A stretch of 64,000 nucleotides of DNA from Squalus acanthias (Eukaryota): contig CM059447.1 in NCBI GenBank assembly GCA_030390025.1, positions 21,700,001-21,764,000 of the forward strand, written 5' to 3'. Shown here piece by piece: positions 25,965 through 38,846 of this stretch. Within the stretch, counting starts at the first letter, position 1, and each line of letters starts with the position of its first letter. The notes beneath the pieces are model-generated. The model was not told where the DNA came from and searched no databases. It was given only the letters and a program-made list of their open reading frames with translations. The translations under genes were made by a program, and so were the position numbers.

Positions 25965-26252
25965 TTGAGGGTGAGTCTCAGCTGGCTCTTTGGCCATCAT
26001 AATCGAGCATGATCGTATCTTCAACCACCACATACACAATTCCAGCAAGGGGGTCACTGGATAGTGATCAGGAGCAAGAACTTTGGTCAATTTTTCCCTT
26101 CTAAATCCTGAGATGCTGAGGCCAATGGTAGTACCCCTAACGCCACCTGGCCTACAACGGCTAACTCGGCATAGATTGCAGATTAAATCTGGGACCTTCT
26201 AGCTTAGTACAACTCAGGTACGCACTGGATAAAATTGCTGAGTCATTGGGGA
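25965..26252 (-). mobile_element. Family X copy
   Basis: ttccagcaagggggtcactggatagtgatcaggagcaagaac...gaggccaatgg...gctaactcggcatagat...tgggaccttc. Confidence 0.7.
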
Positions 26253-27029
26253 AGCTTTACGTTAATTGATCAGAGGGTTTTCGGAGCTGAGAGAGGACCT
26301 CAAAAACATGGAATGGGCCATAGTTACTGAAACACGGCGACAACGAATGAGTGACAGGGAGTCTGCTGAAACTTGGAGGGATGAGTCGACCTTAAGGGTG
26401 GCATAGGAAGAGAGATTGGGAAAGAGTCCAAGGTGAATACTACAGTCGTTCAGGTGTTCTTTCCAAGTTATTTGCCAGGCTGTCTAACTTAATTTTATTA
26501 TTCATTAAATTGTGTAATTTAAAATTAAAAAAAAATATTGGTGCCAGAAAATAGAAACAAAAACAGAAAATGCTGGAAACACGCAGCAAGTCAGGTAGCA
26601 TCCGTGGAAAGAGCAGACAAGTTAATGTTGGGGGTGGGGATCATTTTTCAAAGCCGAAAAATAAGGCAGACATGCCGATAAATACAATCAGAAATAAATA
26701 ATTATATACGGACACACACACACACACAAAATATAGGAGAAAAATCAGACAATCCCAGGGAGGAATCATGACTTGAATGGTGCAACAGATCATCTCAGTC
26801 CAGTAAAGGAAGACAGCATTCAAACATTAAAGAAACAGAGAGGATATTAAAGATGAGCAGCATTTAAAAAAGGAACAGAACAAAGGGAAGAGGAGGACGA
26901 CACACACACACTTGAAAAGAAATAGAATTTCATTTTAACACTTTATGGGTCAGTGGGAATGCCAAGGGGGATGGATCAAGGAGTGGGGATAAGGGTCTTA
27001 AAATAATGTACATAAATTCAAGGAGCAGT

Positions 27030-27150
27030 AAGAAGGTTTCTGTGATATGGGAAAAGGGCAGGGAAATTGCACTAAGTTGCCAGCTGTTTCAGAGAGCCGA
27101 CAAAGGTGCAATGGACCAAATGGCTGCCTTCTGTGCTGTAGATTTCTATG
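27030..27150 (+). mobile_element. Degenerate CR1 3' end
   Basis: atggaccaaatggctgccttctgtgctgtagatttctatg resembles the CR1 ends at ~4470 and ~22805. Confidence 0.6.
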
Positions 27151-29406
27151 AACAAAACTGCAGCCAGAAATGTGCTGATTGTACCTCTACACACACACAC
27201 ACACACACAAACACTCCTCCTTTTTCTTAAAGGGACAGACCGTGCAATACAAGCTGGTATGAATTCAGCCGGATTTCGATTCTTGCAAGAAATGTGAATC
27301 AGCTCAATTTAGGCCAATGCTTTAGAATTTGCGTTCCTCCACTAATCATAGTGAGGCTTGCGACATTGGAAAGGTGTAAGAGGTGTCTGTTTAGTGCTGA
27401 TTCCTAACCTGTGCTATTCCAGATCTGTAACTGGGAAAAGCCGATGCTTATATTTAGCTGAACAGTGTGTAATCTACGAGGCAGTTACTAGATTGTCCAC
27501 TTGCCTCTTTCAGCAGGGGGAGAGACACTTCCCGCAACAGACATTTAACCAGTTTATTGGCAGAAAAGCTTTCACTGTAATCCAAAAAGCCCTCCTGATG
27601 ATCACAGGCAAAGTGGATTAGTTTGAGCCGTGGCAGTCAAAACTGAGCTGAGCCGATTGGAGGAAATTGCCTGTAATTTGTAATTGAGGGGAGCTGTTAA
27701 AGTGAGCAGCAGGAGCCCTTGTATAGCCATGTGACACATCCCTGTCTCAGCAGTACCCCCTGAGGGGGCAGAAAATCAAATGAGTCACAGCTTTCACTGA
27801 AATTCTGTTGGATGCTTAGTGACTTGTGATGATACCAATCATCAGCAAGCCTTGGCCCTTACCCAATCAACGACTTCATTTCTTGTGAGAGACTTTGCGG
27901 CAGTTTTAAAGGATTAAATGTATAGCACTCCACTAAATGGATTTACTTGAGTTTGTAAAGAATAGTATAAAATACCGCACAATCTCTAAGAATTGTCACT
28001 GATATTGTTGGGCAATAGTGGGCCCAAGTCGAAATTCTGCCTTTCCATAAAGTGATTTATACTTCTGATCTCCAAACAGGCATTTTTTTAATAAATTGCA
28101 AGACAATTTGAATTGCTTGCTTATAACTTGTGTATCTCTTGTACGGAGTAGATAAGTAAGACACGGGTCACTTTACATATGTGGCAAATACAGAAAATAC
28201 TCAATGCCCATATATTTTTATGCACTGTAAGGTTTCCCATTTCCCATTGTTTTTTCCAGTCAGTTTTACAGCTGGCCTTGTGATTCCAGGGTGAGTGTTG
28301 AAATAATGAGGTCCGATGGCAGTGGGCTGCTGTTCATTTCAAGAATATCATTTGACACAGACACAATACATCTAGTGTTGCCGTTTAAGTTGATACACTA
28401 ATTGAATCAAAATTATCAGCAATGTCTGATCTCTGTGAAATGTGGGTTTTAGAGACTGTGGTCTTATTTACTGCAGATGTGCATAGTTATCTGGAGGCAT
28501 CCACATCCCAAGGATAATTTGTAATAATTATCACGATTTAGAAGAATACTTTTAACTTTTCACATGGGAAAGAATCTGGTATTTCTCCAAGTACATCCAG
28601 AAGAGAAGTTTACTTGGCCAATTTCAAGTATCCATTTTATATCTTGTAATTACAGTGTCCGTTCCATGTGTAAAGGCTACTCTGTGTGAATTCAGTTGTA
28701 AAGTAGAGATTCCATCCTATGAGTTGAAAGCATTTGCTAATTCATAAGTGACGGTCACTTGTGAGTTATCAGCCCCTTCCTCATGACTGTATCCATCCTT
28801 TTAGATTCTCCACTCAGTGTTTTCTTGTACCACAAACATATCATTTTTTTAAAAAGAAATGTGATTATTACTGAAAACTCTTACAAGGGCTTTAATATTC
28901 CTTATGAGTTGCTTCTTGCCCCTCTCCAGAAACATGTGGTTGTTACCTTAGAATTCCCTTCACTTTAATTCAAAGACTTGATATAAAAACAGTTGCTATT
29001 CTTTACAACTGCCAAACTCTATAGTTTAAGCTATTTCTAAAAAAAAAACAGTTTTTTATTGACGTTTGAGGCTCTGAAATTCAACTGAGCTCTGCAGGAA
29101 AGCTTCCCACAAACTGAGTATGATCATTATGTGGCAAAAAAAAATTAGTCATTCATACTGTCCATTGCAGTTCCATATTATTGTTGGGACATAGCATTTC
29201 CCAATAATCAGCTGCTGAATAATAAATTGCAGCAATGACTTTGAATCATCGTTCCTGTATGGATGCAATTATCTGTTAGGAATGTGAAGCACCCTTAACT
29301 TGCAATGACAGCGCAACCATGCAAAAACTGACCATAATTTAACCCATGCAATGAATTAAACGAGTATATTTAAATACAAGAACTGATTTCCAAACTATAA
29401 TATAAT

Positions 29407-30054
29407 GGGGAATTTTAACCCCCAAAAACGGCTGGGTTTGGGTCGGGTGGGATGTAAAGATTTTTTTAAATCTCAAACCCGACCCTAACACGCCTTGAAC
29501 CCGCACACTCTGGTTTTAACGGCAGCAGGATAGGGAGCGGACAACCAACCTGCTCCCAGGAGGCCAGTCGCTCATTAAAATATTTTAAGGAGGCTGCGTG
29601 CCTCAGATTCGAACCCTGGCTGTCCGGGTTTCCCGGGCCTCGGGATATCCGGCAGCTAAAGGGAGGCGAGGACTGCTACATGGAAGAGGCAAGTGCCTTT
29701 CCAACACTGCTTGTGGGCCAGGAGGAGCAGGAGTGCTTCCTCCTAGACCCCAAGCTAACCTGCTTCCCCCCCCATCCCCTTCTCCGAGATCGGAACCCCC
29801 CTTCCCGAGATCCGTCCCTCCCCGGGGTCAGGGATCGGACCTACCTGGTCCTGCGGCCTCTTTTCCAGCGTTCCCTGCCCAACTGGAAGCCAAGCCTGTC
29901 AATCGGGCTGAATTCCGGGCGGGGAACCTGTCAGTGGCAAAAGACACACGCTGTGGAGTTAAATCTCCACAGCGTGCGGGGAAACCCAGACTTCCGGGTT
30001 TCCCGCGCGCTAACCGGCCCCCACTCCCAGCGCGTCAGTGTTAAAAATTCCCCC
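29407..30054. mobile_element. GC-rich non-autonomous DNA transposon (MITE-like), ~650 bp
   Basis: Terminal inverted repeats GGGGAATTTTAAC / GTTAAAAATTCCCC, an abrupt GC/CpG rise, and an internal hairpin gggaaaccc-agacttcc-gggtttccc. No clear TSD. Confidence 0.75.
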
Positions 30055-30612
30055 CAGAGAGTAACAAAATGGTTGGTGTTGGACATGGAAAACTATCTCA
30101 CTGACATAGTAGCTAGTGCTCTTCTAAGATTGCACTTCAGCCACATTGTTGGGTGGATGTTTATTCTGCAGCTAACTGCTATACCTGATCTGGGAGTGCT
30201 TGATGCTGACCCTGGGTTACTGAAATGGAAAGTGTTCACTTTGATGAGCACAAAGTCACACAAAGTAAAAGGAAACTGTTGCCAATTGATTAATTCCCAA
30301 TCATTCATCAAACTCTTGTGTGAGAGTGCATTTAACAGCCTGTTATCTCTTTCATTGTCACTTCCTACCTCTAGTAATTGTTTTCTAGAACACCAGTTCC
30401 CTTCAGCAGCTCTTCATTCATTTCTGTATCTGAAAATATAATTTCTTTAGCACAAAATGTTCTTGCATTTAATAATGATGTAGTTTTAATTTTCTTGTCA
30501 CCCAGTCAGGCGTAAGTATTTGCAGCTCCCTCTAAACTGCCAGTGGGATCAGCATCTGTACAAACCTACAGCAGCCAATATAAGAGTGCTTCTTTCTAAG
30601 TGATTACAATGG

Positions 30613-30902
30613 TTTTTTTTTATATTCATTCGTGAGATGTGGGCGTCGCTGGCAAGGCCAGCATTTATTGCCCATCCCTAATTGCCCTTGAGAAGGTGGT
30701 GGTGAGCCGCTGCCTTGAACCGCTGCAGTCCTTGTGGTGAAGGTACTCCCACAGTGCTGTAAGGGAGGGAGTTCCAGGATTTTGACCCAGCGACGATGAA
30801 GGAACAGTGATATATTTCCAAGTCAGGATGGTGTGTGACTTGGAGGTGGTGGTGTTCCCATGCGCCCTTGTCCTTCTAGGTGGTTGAGGTCGTGGGTTTG
30901 GG
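30613..30902 (-). mobile_element. Non-LTR retrotransposon 3' end (CR1/L2 group)
   Basis: On - it ends aataaatgctggccttgccagcgacgcccacatctcacgaatgaatataaaaaaaaa (poly-A tail). I recall this end type from shark LINEs; the clade is tentative. Confidence 0.7.
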
Positions 30903-33900
30903 GTGAGGTAGGTGGAAGTTTACATTTAATGTTTCTCTGAGGAAGACGGTAGACAGAGGTGAAGCCAGTCATTGCCATTTCTCACCTATGGCCAGCAGAG
31001 TGGAGCTACCAAGAATCCGCTGGATACAGTATGTCAGGTACTTTTATACTCACCACCTTCCTGAATAAAACCTGAGACACTGACTAGAAGAAGAGGTGTA
31101 TGTTAGTTGCATAAGAAGAGGCGTAACTGAGGACAGACTGAATAATAAGAGTAGATTATAGGGCAAAGCTGTTTTCTATCCACCCTTAGTTTGAGCTGGT
31201 ACTACACAAAGTTTATCACAATATCAAAACTTTATTCCCTCTCCCAGAAAAGTGAGTGGGGAGGGAACTGCTTATTACACACAGATAATAAAATTAAAGA
31301 ACATTTGCAAGCATCTCAAGCTTGGAATGCACTTCAATTTTTTTTTGGGACTGCGCCAAAAGTCTTGCATCAATCGCCTGGAACTCGTACCCAGTCGCTC
31401 TATTACCATTCACCTCAGCATACTCTTGAAGTTTCCTGCTGCACTGTATCTTTTGCAAGTGCATATGTTAACACTTAACAGTTCCAAAGCCAAAAGTATC
31501 TGTGCGGGAGGGGGTGACAATACTACATTTTCCCTAATATTCCTGTCTGTGGGCCATATATTCTAATTAACATTTCTGATAGTGTTTTCAGCATTACCCT
31601 AACACTGAATTATATACACACCCTCCGAGCTACAGTGAATTACAATGTGACCATATTACAGCAATCCAACATGATCATCCCACACATACTTTATTAATTT
31701 ATATCATTAGCTGACAAACACAGTGTGCCAGCATGTTTAATGGTAGGTCTATTAGGATTACTTTAGAATGGTTCACTCCAGAATTTGCTTTACTAGAATA
31801 GGAATATAAGTTAGAAACTTTGAGAGGAGATGCATTTGCCAACATAACGGAAATTGGATTCTCAAGAGCAAATAATTATTTGAATTTGAACTTCTATATT
31901 GATGTGCACTTCTCCCTCGGGTGTGAGGCACAGAAAACTATGGCCTAGTTTTTCCAATCATAATGCCAACGATAACCCATTAAAATGAATGGGCCGCTGT
32001 CGGCTTTACGATTGGAAAACCTCGGCCAATAGTTATAAAATGTAATTTCTGCTTCAGTAAAATCTGGATAAACAGTTTGAATATCATCCCAAGGAGCAAT
32101 TTTATTTCCTAATCCACCAATTTCCTGCCCTGACGGCATTGACTCCTTGCTGGGGTATGGCTCAATGTGCATCCGTCGCCCTCCACTACTTTACTCAAGT
32201 GACTATTCCTCACTCAATGATTGTTCGCAGACTATTTGACTGCAAGAGCACGTTCAACTGGGGAATGAAACCTGGCCCCTTCTGCACAGTGCAGCTACTC
32301 ACTGGATAAACTCACAAAGTCATCAAGGGATCTGAAGAGGCCTATTTTCAAACACATGCTGCACCTCTCAAATGTAAAGTCTGGCCATAGATTGCAGTCT
32401 GTGAACTCCCAAGATCAGAGTCTGGATCAGTGGCCTCAGCTGATTCCAGCTCTACTCACGATACATCAGTGGAGCCACATTTATTGGTGATGTCACGGTG
32501 TTCCATGCCAATCAAATATTTGTTACATAACATTTGCATTTGTATTCATTTTAATAGTACTAGAATGCAAATGGCAGAAGCAAATCTTCTTTTAAAAAAT
32601 CCTGATTTTATGGGTTTTTTCATAACTTGCATTAACCATTTGATGACTGGAAGACTTTTCTACTTCGACAATGCAAGACCTACAGAGTAGATTATCTGTA
32701 AATTTCTGAAAAGCAAGTTTTAGACTACAGAAGCAAATTAGATTCCTCATTTCAATGCATTCTCGCAATGCACAATTTTTTGATTGTTATGTAGAAATGC
32801 GACTGCTGTCGTGCGGAGGCTAAAGTGCAGTTGGAGTAACAGCAACAACATTCACTTGGGCTTTAAGATGTTAGCCATTTGCACTGGCATTCCCACAGAT
32901 AACCCTTCAACCACTCAGCTTTTGGCCTGCCTCTTCCATGTGATTTGAATTAGTAATGGGACAAGCGTTTCAAAATAAGTTTAACCGTCTTCTAGCTGAA
33001 TGTTCTTAAACATTTCTTCTTAAATTAATATGGAAGGCAATGAAATTGTGCCATTTCTGTCCAAACACTTGGAACAAACTTGCTTTGTTCACTGTTCTAA
33101 GGAAGGTGTTCTACCATTTGTGCCTCCACTAAAAAAGCAGAGAAAAGGATTTCAAAACAAATGCGTTAAGCATTTGTGAAATAATATCATAAAGTGTGAT
33201 TACACTCCAAAGGAATTTCAACTGTTAATGTACCCTCCTACAACTGGAAGGATCCAGTGACTAAGAATTCCTGAAATGTCTGATTTAATAACTGCTGCGA
33301 ATCTGTACTTTACAGGGACATAAGGTTCGAACTTAGTCAGTTGGTTTAAAAACTTCCGAAAGAATGTTGGCAGGGGTGATTGTCGGATGCCATCTCAGGC
33401 TGTGTTTTTCTTGTATGATGGCCGTTTATAGCCATTCCGGGTTGTGGAATCGAACCAGGCCCTGATCACAGACTGCTACTGGCATGCATTAATAATCAGT
33501 TAATGGACACCACCTGCTCTGTCATTATTGCTGGCTAAAAAATGATAAAACCAATTGGTCATTCTCCTTGAGCGTGTTGGATTGTTTGTCTAAGTGTTGT
33601 ATCCATAGCAAAACCCCACTGTGAACAGTAACACTTTCCTGTTGTTATAATCACAGACTATTTGTTAAAAATCAGATAAAATGTATCTTACGTTGATGCA
33701 ATAAAAGACACTAGCATCTTAAGTTTCTTCATTTTGAATAGCTGAGCTAATGGGCACTGTACTGTGTTAAGGTGGAGCCCATTTAAGGTCAGAGTGTTAC
33801 CCTCTACAAATTCATTTCCATTCGCTCCAATGTAAAAACATGGTGATGACGACCAATTCTTAATAGCGTTAGATCCAGCCAAGACAGTATTTCTAAACCA

Positions 33901-35164
33901 CAATTTGAATCCATAATAACTTAAGATCAAATTCTTTGTTCACCTCCACTTGCGCATGAGTGCTAAAGCTGATTCCAAAACCACAGTGCTATAAATTTGG
34001 CTAATTTTCAAATATTTGGGAAAATATTTAGCAAATTTTTGGACTACTTTGGTTTCTCGGTGATACACCTCTATGTTGGTTACACACAGAGCGATAATTT
34101 GCTGATTCTAGTTCCGTGTGCGTGTGTGTGACACCATTTGCTGAGCTACATCAAAAATTGCACTTTGAAAATATCACATGGTACATAGCAATCTGTAACT
34201 GTGGTAAATAAAAGAACGAAAGGCCCCACGGACTATTAAAGAATCAAACAACCTTTCAAAGAGGACCTTTGGGGGAAAGAGTTCCTCTGTTCACCAATTG
34301 TAGCAAAATTTGAAACAGTTTCTTTATAAACAGACTTATCATTTATTATGAATAGCCCACGAAGGAATTCTTCCCATGTCTATCAGCACAAACCGAATAA
34401 CAGAGTAGTTCACTGTAGGGCCCTTTAACTACCTCTCTGAAGAGCTCTAGCTATAGCTTCCAACCTCAGACATTTTTTATATACATGATAACCAATCTCA
34501 GGAAATACCCCCATGGAGATAATGGGGCCACTGAGACAAATACAAGTTATACACGAGATGCACAAAAGTTGGGAAATCTGTTTTCGCATTGAAAATGCAC
34601 ATCAACATTCAACGCAAACTTAGCAACACTGATGGGCGGAAACCAAGTTGATCAACTTGTTCTTCAGTTTTATTATTGCTGCATAGAATCAACTGAGGTG
34701 GAGCTTTAAATCAAAATCTGCTGAAAGTCTTTGATCCCGCTGACAAATGCTTTACTTTTATAGGTTTTACCGATTATGGTTTCTGTAATATTCATTTGAC
34801 GTTAATTTCATAAAGCTAAATTGTTGAAAAGTTTAACTTCATTTTTCCTGGGAATTTAAATTAAATGAATAGAATCAACTAAACTTGAATGACTCCAAAT
34901 CTTTGCAGTAACTGATGCACTATACCAGCAGTATAAATGAATGGTATTGAGACTTCACCATGGAGGTAATTCGCAAAGTCCAACATAAATGTTTCACTAA
35001 GCTGAGGAGGGAAGTGCAGCTGGTAAGTGGCTGCACTCTTTAAACAGATAGAAATACGGTGACGTGAAAAAAATACTGTCTCCAAGTTTGGGATTTTCAA
35101 CATTTTAAAACAACTTTTTTTCCCTTAGTGAGTTAAGTGTTAAGAAAAAAAATGTTGAAAACTC

Positions 35165-35565
35165 TGGGCTCCGTCGATGAGGCATTGAATTTATCTTGTG
35201 AACAGCTGAACCATACAGACCACTGCCAAGATTTGATCCCTGGTCTATGCGGCGCCTCTAATTTCAGCTGGGGTTTTGGTCGACCTGCTACAATTGGCCT
35301 CATTGCCCCTTGGTCAGCGAGGGGGAAATTGGCCAGGGTTCTCGCACCTGACTACCATCCTGCAAACCCCCGCTAGAAGTGCACGCCTGAGAAAGTTGAG
35401 AGAATGAGGCTTAGTGGTGATGCTCTCCATGGTAGAGCAGCCTGCCTATATTCATTATTGAAGCTGAAACATGAATAAAGGCCACTTAAGCAAAGGTACT
35501 GGAGGGTGACCAGAGCCAGCTCAGGAAGGTGCCTTCAGAAGGCGAGGGAGAAAATTGGCAGGACA
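35165..35565 (+). mobile_element. Diverged tRNA-headed SINE-like element (family X, unnamed here)
   Basis: Shared blocks ctga.ccatacagacc, tacaattggcctca, gaaa.t.gccagggtt and ggccactt...ggtactggaggg recur at about 10 places in the window. Confidence 0.7.
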
Positions 35566-35599
35566 TTCATTTTTATGATCCTTATAGGTCTTGCTAATA

Positions 35600-35990
35600 T
35601 TCTCCCTCTCTTTCTCTCCTGAAGCCATTTGATTCCTCAGATATGGTTCTAAAGGTGCTGCGTATCCTCCGCTACCTCATCTAGCTGGCATTCCTTCACG
35701 TGTCAGCCTTGACTGTGAGCGTCCACAAGCTATTTGAACAGGGGCAGTGTCACAGCCATGCACAATCCTTCCCTCACCCAACACTCACAGACATTGCACT
35801 TCCAGCAGGGGTTTCTCGATAGTGACTAGTAGCAGGAACACTGCCTGATTTTCTCCTCCCGAAGGCAGGGACACCAAGGCCAATGGCAGTAACCCCTATC
35901 ACTGGCCTAGCTGGGATCAGCTAACACAGCAGAGACTGGGCGTCAAACGTTGAACCTTCCCCAGTTACTGGACAAATTTACTGATGTTGA
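35600..35990 (-). mobile_element. Family X copy, inverted relative to 35165-35565
   Basis: ttccagcagggg...gatagtga...agcaggaac...tgattttc...ggccaatgg...atcagctaac.cagca.agac matches 26040-26200 and the reverse complement of the adjacent copy. Confidence 0.7.
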
Positions 35991-36044
35991 GGAGAGTCAT
36001 TTATTAATACCATTTTTCAGTTCTTTTCACTAACTGTTCTTAAG

Positions 36045-36218
36045 ATGAGAAGTCGCACAACACCAGGTTATAGTCCAACAGATTTATTTAATTTTACAAG
36101 CTTCCTGAGGAAGGAGCGAACAGCTCCGAAAGCTTGTAAAATCTGTTGGACTATAACCTGGTGTTGTGCGACTTCTCATTTTTGTCCACCCCAGTCCAAC
36201 GCCGGCATCTCCACATCA
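36045..36218 (+). mobile_element. Small fold-back insertion, probably Penelope-like-element derived, with hammerhead core motif
   Basis: Perfect 41-bp inverted repeat (36045-36085 / 36139-36179). CTGAGGA-stem-GAAA at 36105-36131. TGTTCTTAAGATG duplicated at 36035-36047 and 36219-36231. Confidence 0.8.
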
Positions 36219-37994
36219 TGTTCTTAAGATGGCAGTTTAAAAATGTAAGAATTTTAAGAGTGCATTTACACTGTAACTACAGTGATGCTAAAGTAGCCGC
36301 ATAAGTCCAGAGCTGAATCCCAGCCCGATTCCAAATACAAACGATGTGAGACTCCACCCGCCCCCTGCCCCAATGGAGACAGTCTGAGACCATTTGGGTT
36401 TGACACCACCTGGATTCCTGTGCAGTGTCAAACCTGGTTTAAAAAGTACTCATGGGATCCGTCGGATTCCTCAGCTCTTTTTCAACTTAACCCCAGTTAT
36501 TTTAAATGCTTAGACAGATAGCTGAAGTATAAAAACACCATTAGTATCTGAAATTGTGTTTTTCGGAAACTCACGTCCTGTTTAACAAAGTTTTTTTGAA
36601 ACAACATAATCAGTCCTGTCTCAGCTTTCAGAAAGAGAAACTGACTCATTAGATGCCTGTTGACACAATCATAATAATAATTTTAAAAATCTGTTTTAAT
36701 TTCTTAGTAACCATCCATCAATAATCCTGCATCTGCTGATTAAATTTCATGCTGGAACTAACAGTATAAATTTTATCTGTCATGCATGGCAACTGTGACT
36801 GATAAGAGTGGATAATGTTGGCTGCTTATCTGTCAGCACAGCCCAACACCCTAAATGATCCCAAAGTGTTATCAGACAAAGCTTAAATGCAAGATGACAA
36901 AAATGCAAGAAATGAGTTAGATGATAAAGAGGATACACATTCATTTTTTTTCTCTAAGGATTTACTGACTAGTGATTCCTGAAAACTTGCTTTCCTTTAA
37001 CAATCACATATTTATAAGTGGAAGAAGGGCACAGTTCATAGAACTTGTACACAGTTCTTGGCATCTTTCTGTGACTTTTTCTACCCTATCTATCCCTAAA
37101 TGCTTGCTTCAGGTTATATTGTTCAGGCCAATAGTGTGACCGAATCCAAGTGCAAATTCTTTGGCCGCTGTACTCTGTGGTGGGAGAAGGCATGCAGAAT
37201 TGGGATGGCATGGATAAGGCTATCGGTTTTTCTATGTAGGGGGACACACCACTCAACAGCTTAACTGAGAGCAGCCTAAAGAGATGTGAAGCAATTCAGA
37301 ACATTCCTATTAACTTGGTAACTCATTTCCCACCACTTTTGACACACCAGTCAGTGGTATATACTTAAGAGAAGTGCATAGGTAGTTTGCTGCAGTACTA
37401 TACCTAATTTGGTTAGAAACATATGTATGGCATTCGCAACAGCTTAACTTTTAGGCTATGTTGTCTATACATTCATAGATAAATCATCGGGCAACAAGTT
37501 AACATAAATAACGGTGAGGTAAGGAATAGATGACAAAACTATATATGTATTTGAAATGACAGGCAGGCTTGCAAAAGTAATTGGAGAAACGTGTAGCTTT
37601 TAAGGAAAAAAATAAGTGCTTAAATAGGAATATACGCTTAAGGGCATCAAACTGACATTGATAAACATTTTAAACTATATAGTTAAGAGATGTACACTTA
37701 TTAGGCTGTACACTTAACAGGAGAACAAACTGAATTATGTATACAATTAACAAATTTTCACTGAAAGGCAGTATCAGTTACCACAAAACAGGGATCTCAG
37801 CTGAACAGCAGTTGGCATATTATAAACTGACCTTGGCACCCTTGCCAAGGTTGCCACTCCTGACCTGTGATGTACACTACAAAGTGTACATGTGTGGCTA
37901 TCGGGTGAGAACTGGATCAATCCTAGCTGTGATCGGGCGAGGTGTATAACATACTTTAAATTAAATTGTGGGAGCAGATGCAGGTTTGAACAAG

Positions 37995-38192
37995 TAAAAG
38001 ATAAATTTAAGACTCATACCAGGAAAATCTTCTTCAGAAAAAGTGATCTACATACGGAATAGACTTCCAGGACGAGTTGTAGAGATGAAAACCCTGGAAT
38101 TTTCTGAGAAACGATTCAATGCTGAAATGGGTCTCTCTGGATGGATGCATTAAGATAGGCCATACGGCCTTTCTCACCCATAATTATCTCGT
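37995..38192 (+). mobile_element. Old CR1 3' end
   Basis: Degenerate ORF2 end (aggaaaatcttcttc...ggaatagacttccaggacgagttgtagag) plus a gataggccatacggcctttctc terminal motif. Confidence 0.55.
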
Positions 38193-38771
38193 GAATGGGG
38201 AATATGTTTAACCAGGATGATAAGATAATGAAGGATACACCTAAACTGGCATTGCTTCCCTATTGAAATTTAGGCAGATCATTAGACGGAGGAGCAAAAC
38301 ATAGAAGGACTAAACTCACAAATGAAGACTTAAATGAGAGTAGATAGTGAGCAAATTATTTCATAGATCTAATATCTAGGATCCTGAAGGGGAGAAGCAT
38401 TGACCCCCATTATGGGTCCAACCTCGGCTAGGAGATATTTACTAATGGTTAGATTACTCTACTCCAGCAAACTCTTTTTAAGGCCAGTTATGTTTCCCTT
38501 CTTTTCTTGACGACTATTTTAACAACTGAGTCTGCACATTGTCAAGAGGACACTTAAAGCTTTTAACTGCAGATATAATTAATTTTAATGGATCTGACAC
38601 ATACATAACAGAAATAACTAATTTTATTCATTTTCATCAACTCAATTCATAAAATGGATGACACATCAAAAAAGACAATAAACAAATCGGCTGCTGTGAG
38701 TCCTCTGAAGTTATCACAAAAGGAGAATTATGATTTTTAATAAATAGAACTGTTGTAAATATCCTACTTAC

Positions 38772-38846
38772 CATAATCTTTCTTGCAGTACTTTTTCATA
38801 TTTATTTTCAGTTTTCCCTTGGAAGCTTTGCAGTATGAGTCACAGT
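38772..38846 (-). CDS. NTN1: Netrin-1 internal exon (75 nt), (D)[24 protein letters not shown](A)
   Basis: Acceptor cccacaacag|ACTGTGAC and donor TATG|gtaagt. Phase 1-1, joins both neighbours in frame. Confidence 0.97.

Noticed and set aside
29598-30441. 148-aa and 253-aa ORFs
   Set aside because: They arise in a GC-rich TIR element with few stop codons, the longer one runs across its boundary, and neither has a recognisable domain.
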